Part shown: one piece after another, positions 28,583 through 38,365 of the stretch
Layout of the letters: every line of letters begins with the position of its first letter
How positions within the stretch are numbered: position 1 is the first letter of the stretch
Assembly: GCA_900547855.1 (NCBI GenBank)
Contig: URIK01000001.1
Coordinates: forward strand, 1 to 51,109
Length of the DNA: 51,109 bases
Direction: 5' to 3'
DNA from: an uncultured Collinsella sp.
GTDB lineage: Bacteria > Actinomycetota > Coriobacteriia > Coriobacteriales > Coriobacteriaceae
The notes under the pieces: model-generated
What the model was told of the DNA's origin: nothing
Seen by the model: only the letters and a program-made list of their open reading frames with translations
Databases searched by the model: none
Position numbers and translations under genes: made by a program

Positions 28583-29485
28583 TTATTTTTTATCGGCGGT
28601 CAAGGGAAGCTTTTCCGCCGACACATCCAGGCCATAGCGATAGCTGATGGCATCGACGGGACAGGCCCCGATGCACTTTCCGCACCGAATACATTCGGCA
28701 TGATTGGGCGCGCGGACCACATCAACGTCCATCTGACAAACCTTTGAGCACTTGCCGCACGAGACACATTTGCATGCGTCAACCCGAATCCCCAGTAGGG
28801 ACACCCTATTCATGAGCGCATAGAATGCGCCGAGTGGACAAATCCATTTGCAGAAGGGGCGGTAGAACAAAACGCTCAGCACTACCACGGCAATGAGAAC
28901 GGCAAGTTTCCAAGTAAAGAGATGTCCCAACGCAGATCGAATGCCGGCGTTGGCAATGGCCAGCGGAATGGCGCCCTCGAGTACGCCCTGCGGACAGATG
29001 TACTTACAAAAGAACGGGTCGCCCATGCCCACGTCGTTAACCACCAAGACGGGCAGCAGCACCACGGCAAACAGCAGCACGACGTACTTGATGTACGTGA
29101 GCGGCTTGAGCTTTTTCGTGGAGAACTTTTTGCCGGGAATCTTATGAAGCAGCTCCTGCAGCCAGCCAAACGGGCACAGAAAGCCGCATACAAAGCGTCC
29201 CAGCAGCACGCCGAGCAAAATGAGCGTACCGGTAACGTAGTAGGAGAAGTTGAACTTGGATGAACCTACCACCGACTGGAACGACCCGATGGGGCACGCA
29301 CCCGATGCCGCGGGGCACGAATAGCAATTAAGTCCAGGTACGCAGACTGTTTTTCCCGCGCCCTGATAGATGCCGCCTTTGGCAAAGTTTGGCAGGTGAA
29401 TGTTGGTGATGAGCGTCGCCGCCGCCTGAATGAATCCGCGAAATCGGGCCAAAACATGCGACGCAGTGTTTTCTCTTTTATCCAA
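28583..29485 (-). CDS. Membrane 4Fe-4S binding protein (NapH/MauN-like)
   Basis: NCYSCP, CGFLCP, CKYICP, CKWICP and two CxxCxxCxxxC motifs; probable TTG start overlapping the upstream gene. Confidence 0.88.
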   Translation of the reverse strand: MDKRENTASHVLARFRGFIQAAATLITNIHLPNFAKGGIYQGAGKTVCVPGLNCYSCPAASGACPIGSFQSVVGSSKFNFSYYVTGTLILLGVLLGRFVCGFLCPFGWLQELLHKIPGKKFSTKKLKPLTYIKYVVLLFAVVLLPVLVVNDVGMGDPFFCKYICPQGVLEGAIPLAIANAGIRSALGHLFTWKLAVLIAVVVLSVLFYRPFCKWICPLGAFYALMNRVSLLGIRVDACKCVSCGKCSKVCQMDVDVVRAPNHAECIRCGKCIGACPVDAISYRYGLDVSAEKLPLTADKK

Positions 29486-29633
29486 TTCCGATACACTCCA
29501 AGCACAGCCTAATCGCTTTGGCCAGCACGGCATCCGCCTCGCCACGCATAACGCCAAAGCACACCATGGCAATTCCGACGATCAACAAAGCGACCTGTAC
29601 CACGGGTTTTACTGCTTTGAACAACCCAACCAC
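29478..29633 (-). CDS. CD1871A-family small CxxC membrane protein (51 aa, below ORF-track cutoff)
   Basis: Own translation: MVGLFKAVKPVVQVALLIVGIAMVCFGVMRGEADAVLAKAIRLCLECIGIG; GAAAGGA RBS, GTG start. Confidence 0.85.
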   Translation of the reverse strand: MVGLFKAVKPVVQVALLIVGIAMVCFGVMRGEADAVLAKAIRLCLECIGIG

Positions 29634-29714
29634 TCCTTTCGTTACGCGACCATTGGACCATATCGACTATAAAATCCGTGTTAAGCGCGATTTGGAATGT
29701 GCAAGGAGACTGTT

Positions 29715-30389
29715 ATGCGTATTTTGATCGTCGAAGACGAGCGAGCACTGTGCGACGCGGTCGCACGCAGCTTGCGAAACCTGGCATACAGCGTCGACTG
29801 CTGCCACGATGGACGGGAGGCGCTCGATCTGCTGAGCATCGAAGTCTTTGACCTCGTGGTACTCGACCTCAATCTCCCCCGTATCGACGGCATGACCGTG
29901 CTCAGGGAACTTAGGAAAACCGACTGCGAGACCAAGGTACTGATTCTGTCCGCGCGTGGCGAAGTATCCGATAAAGTCGCCGGACTCGATGCCGGCGCCA
30001 ACGATTACCTCACCAAGCCGTTTCATCTGGACGAGCTTGCGGCAAGGATCCGCAGCCTTACCCTCAGACGCTTTACACAAAGCGACATAGTTTTAACCTG
30101 CGGAAAGCTCCGCTTTGACACCAAGGCGCGCATCGCCTCCGTGGACAGTGAGGCTTTATCTCTTACGCGCAAGGAAACGGGAATCTTGGAATACCTGATG
30201 CTTAATCAAGGGCGTCCGGTAAGCCAAGAGGAGCTCATCGAGCACGTTTGGGATAGCAGCGTAAACAGCTTTAGCAACGCAACCCGCGTTCACATCTCGT
30301 CGCTCCGCAAAAAGCTACGCAGCGCTTTGGGATACGACCCGATTCGCAATCGAATTGGAGAGGGCTACGTTATGGAGGATAGCGAATGA
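29715..30389 (+). CDS. OmpR-family response regulator
   Basis: ILIVEDE, LDLNLP, GANDYLTKPF, wHTH VHISSLRKKL...IGEGY. Confidence 0.95.
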   Translation: MRILIVEDERALCDAVARSLRNLAYSVDCCHDGREALDLLSIEVFDLVVLDLNLPRIDGMTVLRELRKTDCETKVLILSARGEVSDKVAGLDAGANDYLTKPFHLDELAARIRSLTLRRFTQSDIVLTCGKLRFDTKARIASVDSEALSLTRKETGILEYLMLNQGRPVSQEELIEHVWDSSVNSFSNATRVHISSLRKKLRSALGYDPIRNRIGEGYVMEDSE

Positions 30390-31513
30390 AAAGGCTTTCG
30401 CTGCAATGGCGCATAACGATTATGACGGCACTGCTCACGTGTGCAGCATGCGTGCTGACGAACTGCCTGGTCGGCTATACGGGCATGCGCTACATGGATG
30501 CCATCGGCAGCGACATCTCGGCCTTTAACGCTGCCAGCGCGGATTCGCCCCAGGTGTTCGACCCAACGAAAACGGCCCTCGATGACAAGGTCACAATCGT
30601 CGTAAACGACGCACAGGAGTCTTTTGGCACGACAGCCTGGTACATCACGGCTGGAGTCACACTCCTTGGCGGCGCGCTGGCATACTTTGTGAGCGGTCGT
30701 GCGCTCAAACCGCTACGGGCTTTTGCAGCCCAGGTAGAGCGCGTGCAGCCTGACAACCTAAGCGAAATCAGACTCAGTGAAGATGTGCCCAACGAGCTAC
30801 AACGATGCAGCGCCTCTTTCAACGACATGATCGCCCGTCTTGGCGAAGGGTTCTCTGCACAGCGTCAGTTTACCGGCAACGCCGCACACGAGCTGCGCAC
30901 CCCGCTCGCCCTTATGCAAGCACAGATTGAACTATTCATCTCCGAGCACTCCGGTTTGCAACCCGAAACAGCCGAGCTGCTCGGCCTGCTACAAGAACAA
31001 ACCGAGCGCATGTCTCGAATGACCAAGGTATTGCTTGAGATGAGTGAGCTCCGCAGCGTCCCTTGCGGGGACGCTGTTGAACTCGGTCCCCTGTCCGAAG
31101 AGGTCCTCACCGACCTTGCGCCACTTGCCGAGAATAAGGACGTAACCCTCGATTGCGCCGGAGACGCTTTGACAATCGGAAGTGATACGCTCCTCTATCG
31201 GCTGGTGTTTAATCTGGTCGAAAACGCCATCCGTTACAGCCGCTCCGGCTCGACTGTCAACGTCTCCATCAGCGACAGCGACAGCCATGTGCTCCTGCGA
31301 GTCAAAGATGAGGGCCCGGGAATACCCAAGCAGTACCGAGAGAGCATCTTCCAGCCGTTCTTTCGTCTAGACAAATCCCGCAGCAGGGCATACGGCGGCG
31401 CAGGACTCGGGCTAGCTCTCGTTTGGGAGATTGCAGCGCTTCACGGTGGCGCCGTAGAGGTCGAAGCAAGTTCCGAGGACGGGACCACCATGCTCGTAAG
31501 CCTTCCAAAATGA
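30386..31513 (+). CDS. HAMP-domain sensor histidine kinase
   Basis: Two TMs, AAHELRTPL, NLVENAIRY, DEGPGI, GAGLGL. Confidence 0.95.
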   Translation: MKRLSLQWRITIMTALLTCAACVLTNCLVGYTGMRYMDAIGSDISAFNAASADSPQVFDPTKTALDDKVTIVVNDAQESFGTTAWYITAGVTLLGGALAYFVSGRALKPLRAFAAQVERVQPDNLSEIRLSEDVPNELQRCSASFNDMIARLGEGFSAQRQFTGNAAHELRTPLALMQAQIELFISEHSGLQPETAELLGLLQEQTERMSRMTKVLLEMSELRSVPCGDAVELGPLSEEVLTDLAPLAENKDVTLDCAGDALTIGSDTLLYRLVFNLVENAIRYSRSGSTVNVSISDSDSHVLLRVKDEGPGIPKQYRESIFQPFFRLDKSRSRAYGGAGLGLALVWEIAALHGGAVEVEASSEDGTTMLVSLPK

Positions 31514-31604
31514 TCTGTAGCGTTAGCCGAACAGTAAAACGAAAGGGGTCCCGAGCAACAGGAGTACAATTGCTGCATTGTTGCCAGCTGTTGGGAGATG
31601 GAAG

Positions 31605-32609
31605 ATGGACTGCGATGGCTACCCACGCGTTCCCATGCCGTTGATGTGCACCGCCTTTGTGCCGGGGCAGATTGACGATGCGGTTGCAGGCATTTCCGAC
31701 CCCGATTCACGCACCATCGCCACGGCAGAAGCGCTGTACTTTCGCGGACAGGCCACTCTCGCCGCCGAGGCAGCACGCCCCTATCTTGACGCCACCGACC
31801 CCGCACCGCGCTATTCCGCATGCTTTATCTGCGGATATGCCAGTCTGTCGCTCAACCGTATCGCCGATGCCCGCCGGTGCCTTGCGGGCATCCTTGATGT
31901 GCCCACCGACGAAGAATCGCTCGCCGTCCACGCCACGCATATCCTGTTCGCCTCGGCCGCAAGCGTCCTGCTACATCTGCCTTCCCCGTATTCTGCCGAA
32001 GAGTTTTATCCACTTGCGGCGCATCTGCCCGAAGGCCTGCGCCTGTTCGCCAGCTACGTGATGGCACACGCCTTGTATCTGCGCGGCGAATACGGCCGCA
32101 GCCTAGGCATGGCGGAAAATGCCCTGATCATGAAACAGGGAAGCTATCCCATCTCGGAACTGTTCCTGCATCTGGCAGCTTCCATGGCATGCATGAGCCT
32201 CAAGGACATCGACGCCGCAAAAACGCACTTCGGAGTTGCTTGGAACATTGCACGTCCCGACGGCCTTATCGAGCTCATTGGCGAGCACCACGGCCTTTTA
32301 CAGGGGCTCATCGAGGCGTGCCTAAAAACGCAATACCCTGACGACTTCGCGCGCATCATCGAGATCACGTACCGCTTCAGCTACGGCTGGCGGCGCATCC
32401 ACAACCCCGATTCGGGCGAGGACGTGGCCGACGATCTAACGACCACGGAATTCACCATGGCCATGCTCGCCTGTCGTGGGTGGACCAACGCCGAAATCGC
32501 ACGCCATATGGGAGTATCGCCGGGCACCGTCAAAAACCGCCTATCCGGCGTATACGCAAAGCTTGGCATCGGCACACGCGCCGAGCTGGTCGCGCATATG
32601 TTGCGTTAG
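31605..32609 (+). CDS. LuxR-type C-terminal HTH regulator
   Basis: LTTTE...GWTNAEIARHMGVSPGTVKNRLSGVYAKLGI; helical N-terminal region; start uncertain. Confidence 0.85.
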   Translation: MDCDGYPRVPMPLMCTAFVPGQIDDAVAGISDPDSRTIATAEALYFRGQATLAAEAARPYLDATDPAPRYSACFICGYASLSLNRIADARRCLAGILDVPTDEESLAVHATHILFASAASVLLHLPSPYSAEEFYPLAAHLPEGLRLFASYVMAHALYLRGEYGRSLGMAENALIMKQGSYPISELFLHLAASMACMSLKDIDAAKTHFGVAWNIARPDGLIELIGEHHGLLQGLIEACLKTQYPDDFARIIEITYRFSYGWRRIHNPDSGEDVADDLTTTEFTMAMLACRGWTNAEIARHMGVSPGTVKNRLSGVYAKLGIGTRAELVAHMLR

Positions 32610-32764
32610 CGACCGGGCTGCCAAGCGCATCGAACGCGTTCCGGAACCCGGCGCTTCGCTCGATCAATTTGGACATTTTGACCCTTGAATGGCACTACCG
32701 CCACGGGGCGCCTTCTCGCAAAATTGGATTATTTCCACCGATACTTGCGGGATGGGAGCCCAAG

Positions 32765-35700
32765 ATGCTTGATCGCCGTTCGTTACTTGTCGCCGGAGCG
32801 TCCTCGTTAGCGAGCATTATGTTGCCGCGCGTGCCGGGAAGCGCAAACGCCTTCATATTGCCGTTCGCGCCCACCGAAGCCCATGCCGACGAAAAAGACC
32901 CCTTCAGGGTGCTCGTTCTCTCGCGCACCATGTTTGGTGTGGTCGTGGTCGACGTTGCCAACAAGAATACGCCCATCACGGGTGCCCAGGTCACACTCAC
33001 ATCGCGCTATGCCGCAGGCAAGCAGCTCACCGCCACTACCGATGACGAAGGCACGGCCATCTTTGAGGTCGCGCCGCTTTCGGAAGGCTACGTGGACGAG
33101 GCGACGCTTCTCGACGCGTACGACTTCAACGGCGGCATCTCCATTAGCATGGCGGGCTACCGCGATGTCGAGATTCCCCTCGCGCGTGTCCAAGGCGGCA
33201 CCGCCATTACCGCACCCACACGTCCGCTCTCCGATGGCGAGCCGTACTTTCGCCAGCTCACATTCGACGAATGGGACGTCCAGTACGCCGACGCCACGTT
33301 TATGGCAATGCCAGCGGACGAAGCAGCAAACGATCAGCCCGACACGCACGCTTTTACCGTGCAGGCCCATCTGCCGCAGAGCGGGCAGGCAACGTTGCAT
33401 ATCAATAAAGTGATGCCCGCTGCGGGCAGCTCATCCGAAACCGTCACGCAGATTGGCCAAGTCACGGCCAGCGCATCGGGCGCGGATAATCTGGCGACGT
33501 TCACGCTAGAAGACAAGTTCCTCGATGCAGCGTCGAGCCTTCTGGAAGAAGGATGCAAGCTGCGCTTTGTCCTCGATTACCAGGGCAAAACCTACACGCT
33601 CTTCTCCCCCATGGCCGTTGTTACCGCGCCGGCGGCAAAGGCGGAATCCGGATCGACCACTATCGTCCCCACCACCATGGACCAAGAGATCACTCCGTTT
33701 GATTTCCCCGCAGCGTTTCCCGGCATCGGCGGCAATAAGTTCACGTGCTGGATGCCCACATTTCCGATTCTCTTCGATTTCTCGTTTGCTGGATACGTGC
33801 TGTTTGGCGGAGGGTACAAACCAGCTAGCTATATGAACGATTCGGGCAACCCTGATCCTGAATACTGGAAGAAATCGCCGCGCGAGTCGGGCGCCAAGCA
33901 GGCAAACCGCTACCTCGACGAGATGGAGGGGAAGTGGAATCAGTACAAGAGGATGAGTGCCGGTTCGGGCACCGATCCAAGAAACACCAAGCTCCTTCGC
34001 CACCATTGCACGCCGCTGTTCACGATGGATATCGCCACACAGCTGTACGGCTCGCTCGCCTACGATTGGGTGGGCAAAACCTGGGGTAACAACAACGACC
34101 CCGCATACGGCAATATTAAGGCCCTCTTCCAGGTAAGAACCGACCTCAATTGGACCGAGCAGTTTACCCTAGGACCGGTGCCATTTTTCCTAAACGTCAA
34201 CCCCTGGGTGCTGGCAAAACTGGCGCTCGCCGTGGGTGCCCACACGCACGGCAGCGGCGCGGCGTTTTTTAAAAACATTTCGCTCGACTATTCAAACACG
34301 TCGGGCTCGTTCACCATCCAGATCGGGCTTGCCGTCACCTTTGGCGCCGGCGTTGCCGGCGTCGCTTCGTCTGCCGTGCGCGGCGCCGCATCCCTCACGC
34401 TGTTCATTGGGTACGAGAAGGCAGATGGGCACCAGCTTCCGCGACTGCGCGTAGGTGCAGACGTCGATGTCGATGTGATACTCCAGTTCGTAATGTTCAA
34501 GTGGACCGCCAAGGCCTGGTCGGGGTCGTGGCCCACACTCCTCGATTCGTGGAATATGTCGGTGAACAATGGCGACCAGTATATGCTCCAGCGCTCTGAG
34601 CTCGCATTGGGTGGAGATACGCCTTACACGTTGGATGCCCGCTTCGGCACGCCTAGCAACATTGAGGCGGGCGGCGTGCCGCAATTCATCGCATCGGCCA
34701 CCATCGTCACCAACGCCGAACTGCTCGCACGCGCCGAGGTTAAGGCCACTGCCGTAAACGCCGCGCCTGTCGTGCGCGATTGGGATCAAGCGGTCACGCG
34801 CATTGAGCTCGAGGCGGATGCAGAAAGCGACGACACAGGACAGGTTGAGCATTTCGTCCATGCACTGATAGAGAACGACGAAAACACCGCGCCGATGTAT
34901 GAGTACACCTACATCGGTCAGGCAACGAACACCGTTGCCGACCCGAACGCCAATTCTGCCAGCGTGTCGGAGGACGAGCGTGGCGGCATAAAACCCTCGA
35001 GCGACAACGTGCTGTTTTCCGGCGTGCTCAGCGAAGCCCACATGAAGCTGGCAATGATTGCCGGCGTAGAATGCCTGTTCCGTATCGCCTCGGTGCGCTA
35101 CGGCGACAATGGTCGCTCGCGCTTGGTGGTACACACAAAGGCAAACGGAACGTGGTCCGCTCCCACGCCTGTGGACTTTCCCCTTGGGTTTGGCGAGGAA
35201 GACGTGGAGCGCGACGGCATATACGATTACGACTTCGACGTAGTGGAATATACGGACGGAAGAGGAAACCAGGACGCCTACGTGCTGTTGGTCTCGGGCG
35301 AGCGCCCCGACGGCGACAGCACCCTTTTCGATACGGCAAGCACAGCCGGCATACTGTCCGTTGTGCGCCTGCGCATAAGCAATAGCGAAGTTCGCGTGGT
35401 ATCGCACACGTCGTGGCGCAGCATCTCGCGCGGCCGCCTGCAGGAGGACGGTTACCATTGTCTGCAGTGTCCACGCATCACGGTGGGCAAGACGCTTGTC
35501 GACGGGCGTCTGTCGGGCGCCTATCTCCACCGCCGCGGAACCACGGCAGAAAAGGCGTTGGGCACCGAGGCAGAGGTCGCGCTCGAGTGCTTTACCCTGT
35601 GGTCGGACGTTTCGGGCGACAGCCTCACGTTCCGTCAGGTCCTCCGCTTTCCGCAGGCACCGTCGAGCATCGAGCTGGGCGAGCCCGAGAATATCAACGG

Positions 35701-37132
35701 CAAAATGGTGGTGCCCGTTGCGTACGAGACCGCAGACGGTTGCGGCTGCGCATCGTACGCCGTGATCGGCCAGTCCATTGCGGGCTGGGGCGTTATGCCA
35801 CCAGACGCCACGGTACCCCGTGCGGTACCGTGGCCACAACATTCGGGCTTTTTGGCAACCGTCAACGAGCAACTGCAGCATATTACTTGGACGCGAGGCG
35901 CATCGGCGTTTGCAACGCAGCCCGTGGGTGCCGCAGGCTGTGGCCCGGCATCGTTTAGCGTAAGCAACAACGGCAGGTGCGCGCTCTATGTAGAGAACAC
36001 CGATGGCAAGGTGGGACAGACCTACGACGAAGAAGGCAACCCAGTTGCAGTGATGGGCAAGCACTTCCGCATCTTCGCCAGCACCTTGTCAGGCGATCTG
36101 TTTACGGAGCCGTTCGTGATGTGCGAGCTGGACCATCCCGTCGATCAGATAACGACATTTTTGACGTCGGGGAGCATGCTCTCCGCGCTCGCCACGCACA
36201 TTGTGAGCGCGGAGAAGAGCGAGGCAGAACTACACGGCATCGAAATGCCCTTGGTGGCGTGTGCCACTCCGACGGGCGCGGTCGCTACCTCGGGCGCGGT
36301 GGTGCCCGGAACAGCAGGCGAATCCTTCATGGTCACGGTGCGAAACGACGGTAACACCTTGCTGACCGCCGGCACGATCGATCTGTACCGAGAGGGCTCC
36401 AGCCAGCCGTTCTCCAGCGCATCCATCGGGTTCGGAGCAAACGCACGCATGGCTTCGATCTACGATCCGGAGCTTGCCGAGGATGCTTCGGCCAACGACA
36501 TGGCACACGTGAAGTACGCGCTCGAGACGCTGGGCGCACGTTTTGCAACGCACCCGCTGGTAGCCGACAGCGGCAACGCCGTGCTGGCACCGGGTTGCAC
36601 GGCACAGTTCCGCATGAGCTTCGCCATCCCCGAGAGTTGGAGCGACGAGGTGGGCAAACGCGTAACGCTATATGCGAAGGCGCGTAATCTGGTGGCGCTC
36701 GATCCCGTAACGCTCGAGGAAATTCGACCGGGCGCAAACTCGGCGCTGGGTGCCGTACTGCACGAGCTTCATGTGCCCGACGCGGCATGCGAACGCTCAG
36801 AAGTTCAGGTCGGCGTATGCGACAACGCGGATACGACAGGACTTCACGACGCCCCGATGACGGTCGACGGCGATGGCGGCACGAGTGGAGGTGGCTCCGG
36901 CGGAAGCAGCTCCGGTAGCGGCAGTGGCTCTGGCAGCGGCAAGGATCACGGCAATAACAAGCGCCCCGGAAAAGCGGGCGCGCTTGCGGGCACGGGCGAC
37001 AGCAACGTCCCCCTGACAGCAGCCGCAGCAGCACTCGCCGCAGCCGGCGCCGGCCTTGTCGCCTACAGCGCCCGCCGCACGGCGCTCGAAAACGACACCG
37101 CCGATGAGGTCAATTCTGATAAGCCTCACTAG
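32765..37132 (+). CDS. Large cell-surface protein (~1455 aa) with Tat-like signal and sortase-like anchor
   Basis: GGGAG RBS; MLDRRSLL...AHA/DE; Gly-Ser linker, then LAGTG + hydrophobic helix + RR. Confidence 0.8.
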   Translation: MLDRRSLLVAGASSLASIMLPRVPGSANAFILPFAPTEAHADEKDPFRVLVLSRTMFGVVVVDVANKNTPITGAQVTLTSRYAAGKQLTATTDDEGTAIFEVAPLSEGYVDEATLLDAYDFNGGISISMAGYRDVEIPLARVQGGTAITAPTRPLSDGEPYFRQLTFDEWDVQYADATFMAMPADEAANDQPDTHAFTVQAHLPQSGQATLHINKVMPAAGSSSETVTQIGQVTASASGADNLATFTLEDKFLDAASSLLEEGCKLRFVLDYQGKTYTLFSPMAVVTAPAAKAESGSTTIVPTTMDQEITPFDFPAAFPGIGGNKFTCWMPTFPILFDFSFAGYVLFGGGYKPASYMNDSGNPDPEYWKKSPRESGAKQANRYLDEMEGKWNQYKRMSAGSGTDPRNTKLLRHHCTPLFTMDIATQLYGSLAYDWVGKTWGNNNDPAYGNIKALFQVRTDLNWTEQFTLGPVPFFLNVNPWVLAKLALAVGAHTHGSGAAFFKNISLDYSNTSGSFTIQIGLAVTFGAGVAGVASSAVRGAASLTLFIGYEKADGHQLPRLRVGADVDVDVILQFVMFKWTAKAWSGSWPTLLDSWNMSVNNGDQYMLQRSELALGGDTPYTLDARFGTPSNIEAGGVPQFIASATIVTNAELLARAEVKATAVNAAPVVRDWDQAVTRIELEADAESDDTGQVEHFVHALIENDENTAPMYEYTYIGQATNTVADPNANSASVSEDERGGIKPSSDNVLFSGVLSEAHMKLAMIAGVECLFRIASVRYGDNGRSRLVVHTKANGTWSAPTPVDFPLGFGEEDVERDGIYDYDFDVVEYTDGRGNQDAYVLLVSGERPDGDSTLFDTASTAGILSVVRLRISNSEVRVVSHTSWRSISRGRLQEDGYHCLQCPRITVGKTLVDGRLSGAYLHRRGTTAEKALGTEAEVALECFTLWSDVSGDSLTFRQVLRFPQAPSSIELGEPENINGKMVVPVAYETADGCGCASYAVIGQSIAGWGVMPPDATVPRAVPWPQHSGFLATVNEQLQHITWTRGASAFATQPVGAAGCGPASFSVSNNGRCALYVENTDGKVGQTYDEEGNPVAVMGKHFRIFASTLSGDLFTEPFVMCELDHPVDQITTFLTSGSMLSALATHIVSAEKSEAELHGIEMPLVACATPTGAVATSGAVVPGTAGESFMVTVRNDGNTLLTAGTIDLYREGSSQPFSSASIGFGANARMASIYDPELAEDASANDMAHVKYALETLGARFATHPLVADSGNAVLAPGCTAQFRMSFAIPESWSDEVGKRVTLYAKARNLVALDPVTLEEIRPGANSALGAVLHELHVPDAACERSEVQVGVCDNADTTGLHDAPMTVDGDGGTSGGGSGGSSSGSGSGSGSGKDHGNNKRPGKAGALAGTGDSNVPLTAAAAALAAAGAGLVAYSARRTALENDTADEVNSDKPH

Positions 37133-37180
37133 CTCTCAGTTACCTTTGCGAGAGACGCCGACTCGGCTCATCGAACATCA

Positions 37181-37216
37181 AATGGGCTGGTTCTGGATAC
37201 CCAGAGCCAGCCCATT
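37181..37216. terminator. Hairpin between convergent genes
   Basis: AATGGGCTGGTTCTGG / CCAGAGCCAGCCCATT. Confidence 0.65.
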
Positions 37217-37221
37217 ACGCA

Positions 37222-37806
37222 TTAGATATCGTCAGTGGAGTCGAGTTCTGCCTCGAGCTTGGCACGGCGTCTTTTCGCCGTGAAAAACGTTGCGCACAGG
37301 ACAGCAAACGTGACCGCGAAAATCGTCGCGCCGCAAAACACGCCCGTGGCCAGGTTCGCCAACCAAAAGACGCTTTCGAGCGGCACGATCTGCGCCTCAG
37401 CGATACAGCGCATTGCGGCAATAACAAGCGCGAACGCGGCGCCGCTAAGACCGCTGAGAAGCAGGAAATATCCAACAGGAAGATACTCGGTTTGCCCAAA
37501 ACGATTGGTATCGACATAGCCCTTCCGCGTTTGCAGTCCTGCGCAAATCAACATCACGAGAACGAGCCACAAATACATGGCTGCCTCGAACGGCGTTGCA
37601 AAGCCATGCGGCATTTCACTGGCGTCGCTGTGAACCCACGCAACCTGTCGAGCTATAAACTGGTAGAAAAAGATCATCAACATGCCAAACGAAAGCAGCA
37701 CGAAACCAATCTTGTAGATCTTCGCGCTCTCAGCCTCCAGGCGCTCATCCTTTGGGTCGGCATATTCACGCCACTTTTGCACGAGTTTTAAATCTTCAAA
37801 TTTCAT
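37222..37806 (-). CDS. Four-TM membrane protein (DUF6773-like)
   Basis: DERLE motif then 4 hydrophobic helices; directly downstream of the Xre gene. Confidence 0.7.
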   Translation of the reverse strand: MKFEDLKLVQKWREYADPKDERLEAESAKIYKIGFVLLSFGMLMIFFYQFIARQVAWVHSDASEMPHGFATPFEAAMYLWLVLVMLICAGLQTRKGYVDTNRFGQTEYLPVGYFLLLSGLSGAAFALVIAAMRCIAEAQIVPLESVFWLANLATGVFCGATIFAVTFAVLCATFFTAKRRRAKLEAELDSTDDI

Positions 37807-37815
37807 AGCGAACTC

Positions 37816-38046
37816 CTAAAGAGCGTCAGGGTCGACGTCGCTCTCGTCTTCCCAAAACAAGTCGTTCAACGTAACGCGTAGCGCTTTACAGATTGACACG
37901 CACAAATTGAGCGTGGGGTTGTAGCCGCCCGCCTCGATCAGGCCGATGGTCTGGCGCGTAACGCCCACGGCCTCGGCCAAGTCAGCTTGCGAAAGGCCAA
38001 CCGCCGCGCGCGCCGCCTTCATGCGTAGGTTCTTTTTGCCCGGCAT
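37816..38046 (-). CDS. Xre/Cro-family HTH regulator
   Basis: LSQADLAEAVGVTRQTIGLIEAGGYNPTL; AAAGGA RBS. Confidence 0.92.
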   Translation of the reverse strand: MPGKKNLRMKAARAAVGLSQADLAEAVGVTRQTIGLIEAGGYNPTLNLCVSICKALRVTLNDLFWEDESDVDPDAL

Positions 38047-38365
38047 GGAGTTCCTTTCGTAGTAATGGACAGATATCCGTTGCAACATGACACATATATA
38101 TTGCATCTATCAGCCAATGTCAACTATATCTGTCATTACGGAAACCATATCCGCCATCGCTATGCGGACATAGCAATTTCGATTCGCTATTCAAACTTAC
38201 TCGGACAGAACCGACTCGGTTTTGTCCGAGTAAACGCTGTTCCACCAAATTCAGAACGTTTGTTCGATGGATTTCGTGTTGGTTGGAATCGCCTATGGGC
38301 TGGGCTATGCTAACTTGACTATCTATATGACTTAAACGCAGCAAAGGAGCACCGAGAGAGCGAGT

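Noticed and set aside
27582..29633. Selenoprotein (UGA recoding) in the CxxC redox module
   Set aside because: All three ORFs read through with Cys codons and have no in-frame TGA.
32480..32764. 95-aa N-terminal extension of the surface protein in the ORF track
   Set aside because: It overlaps the luxR gene; the RBS and signal peptide point to ATG 32765.
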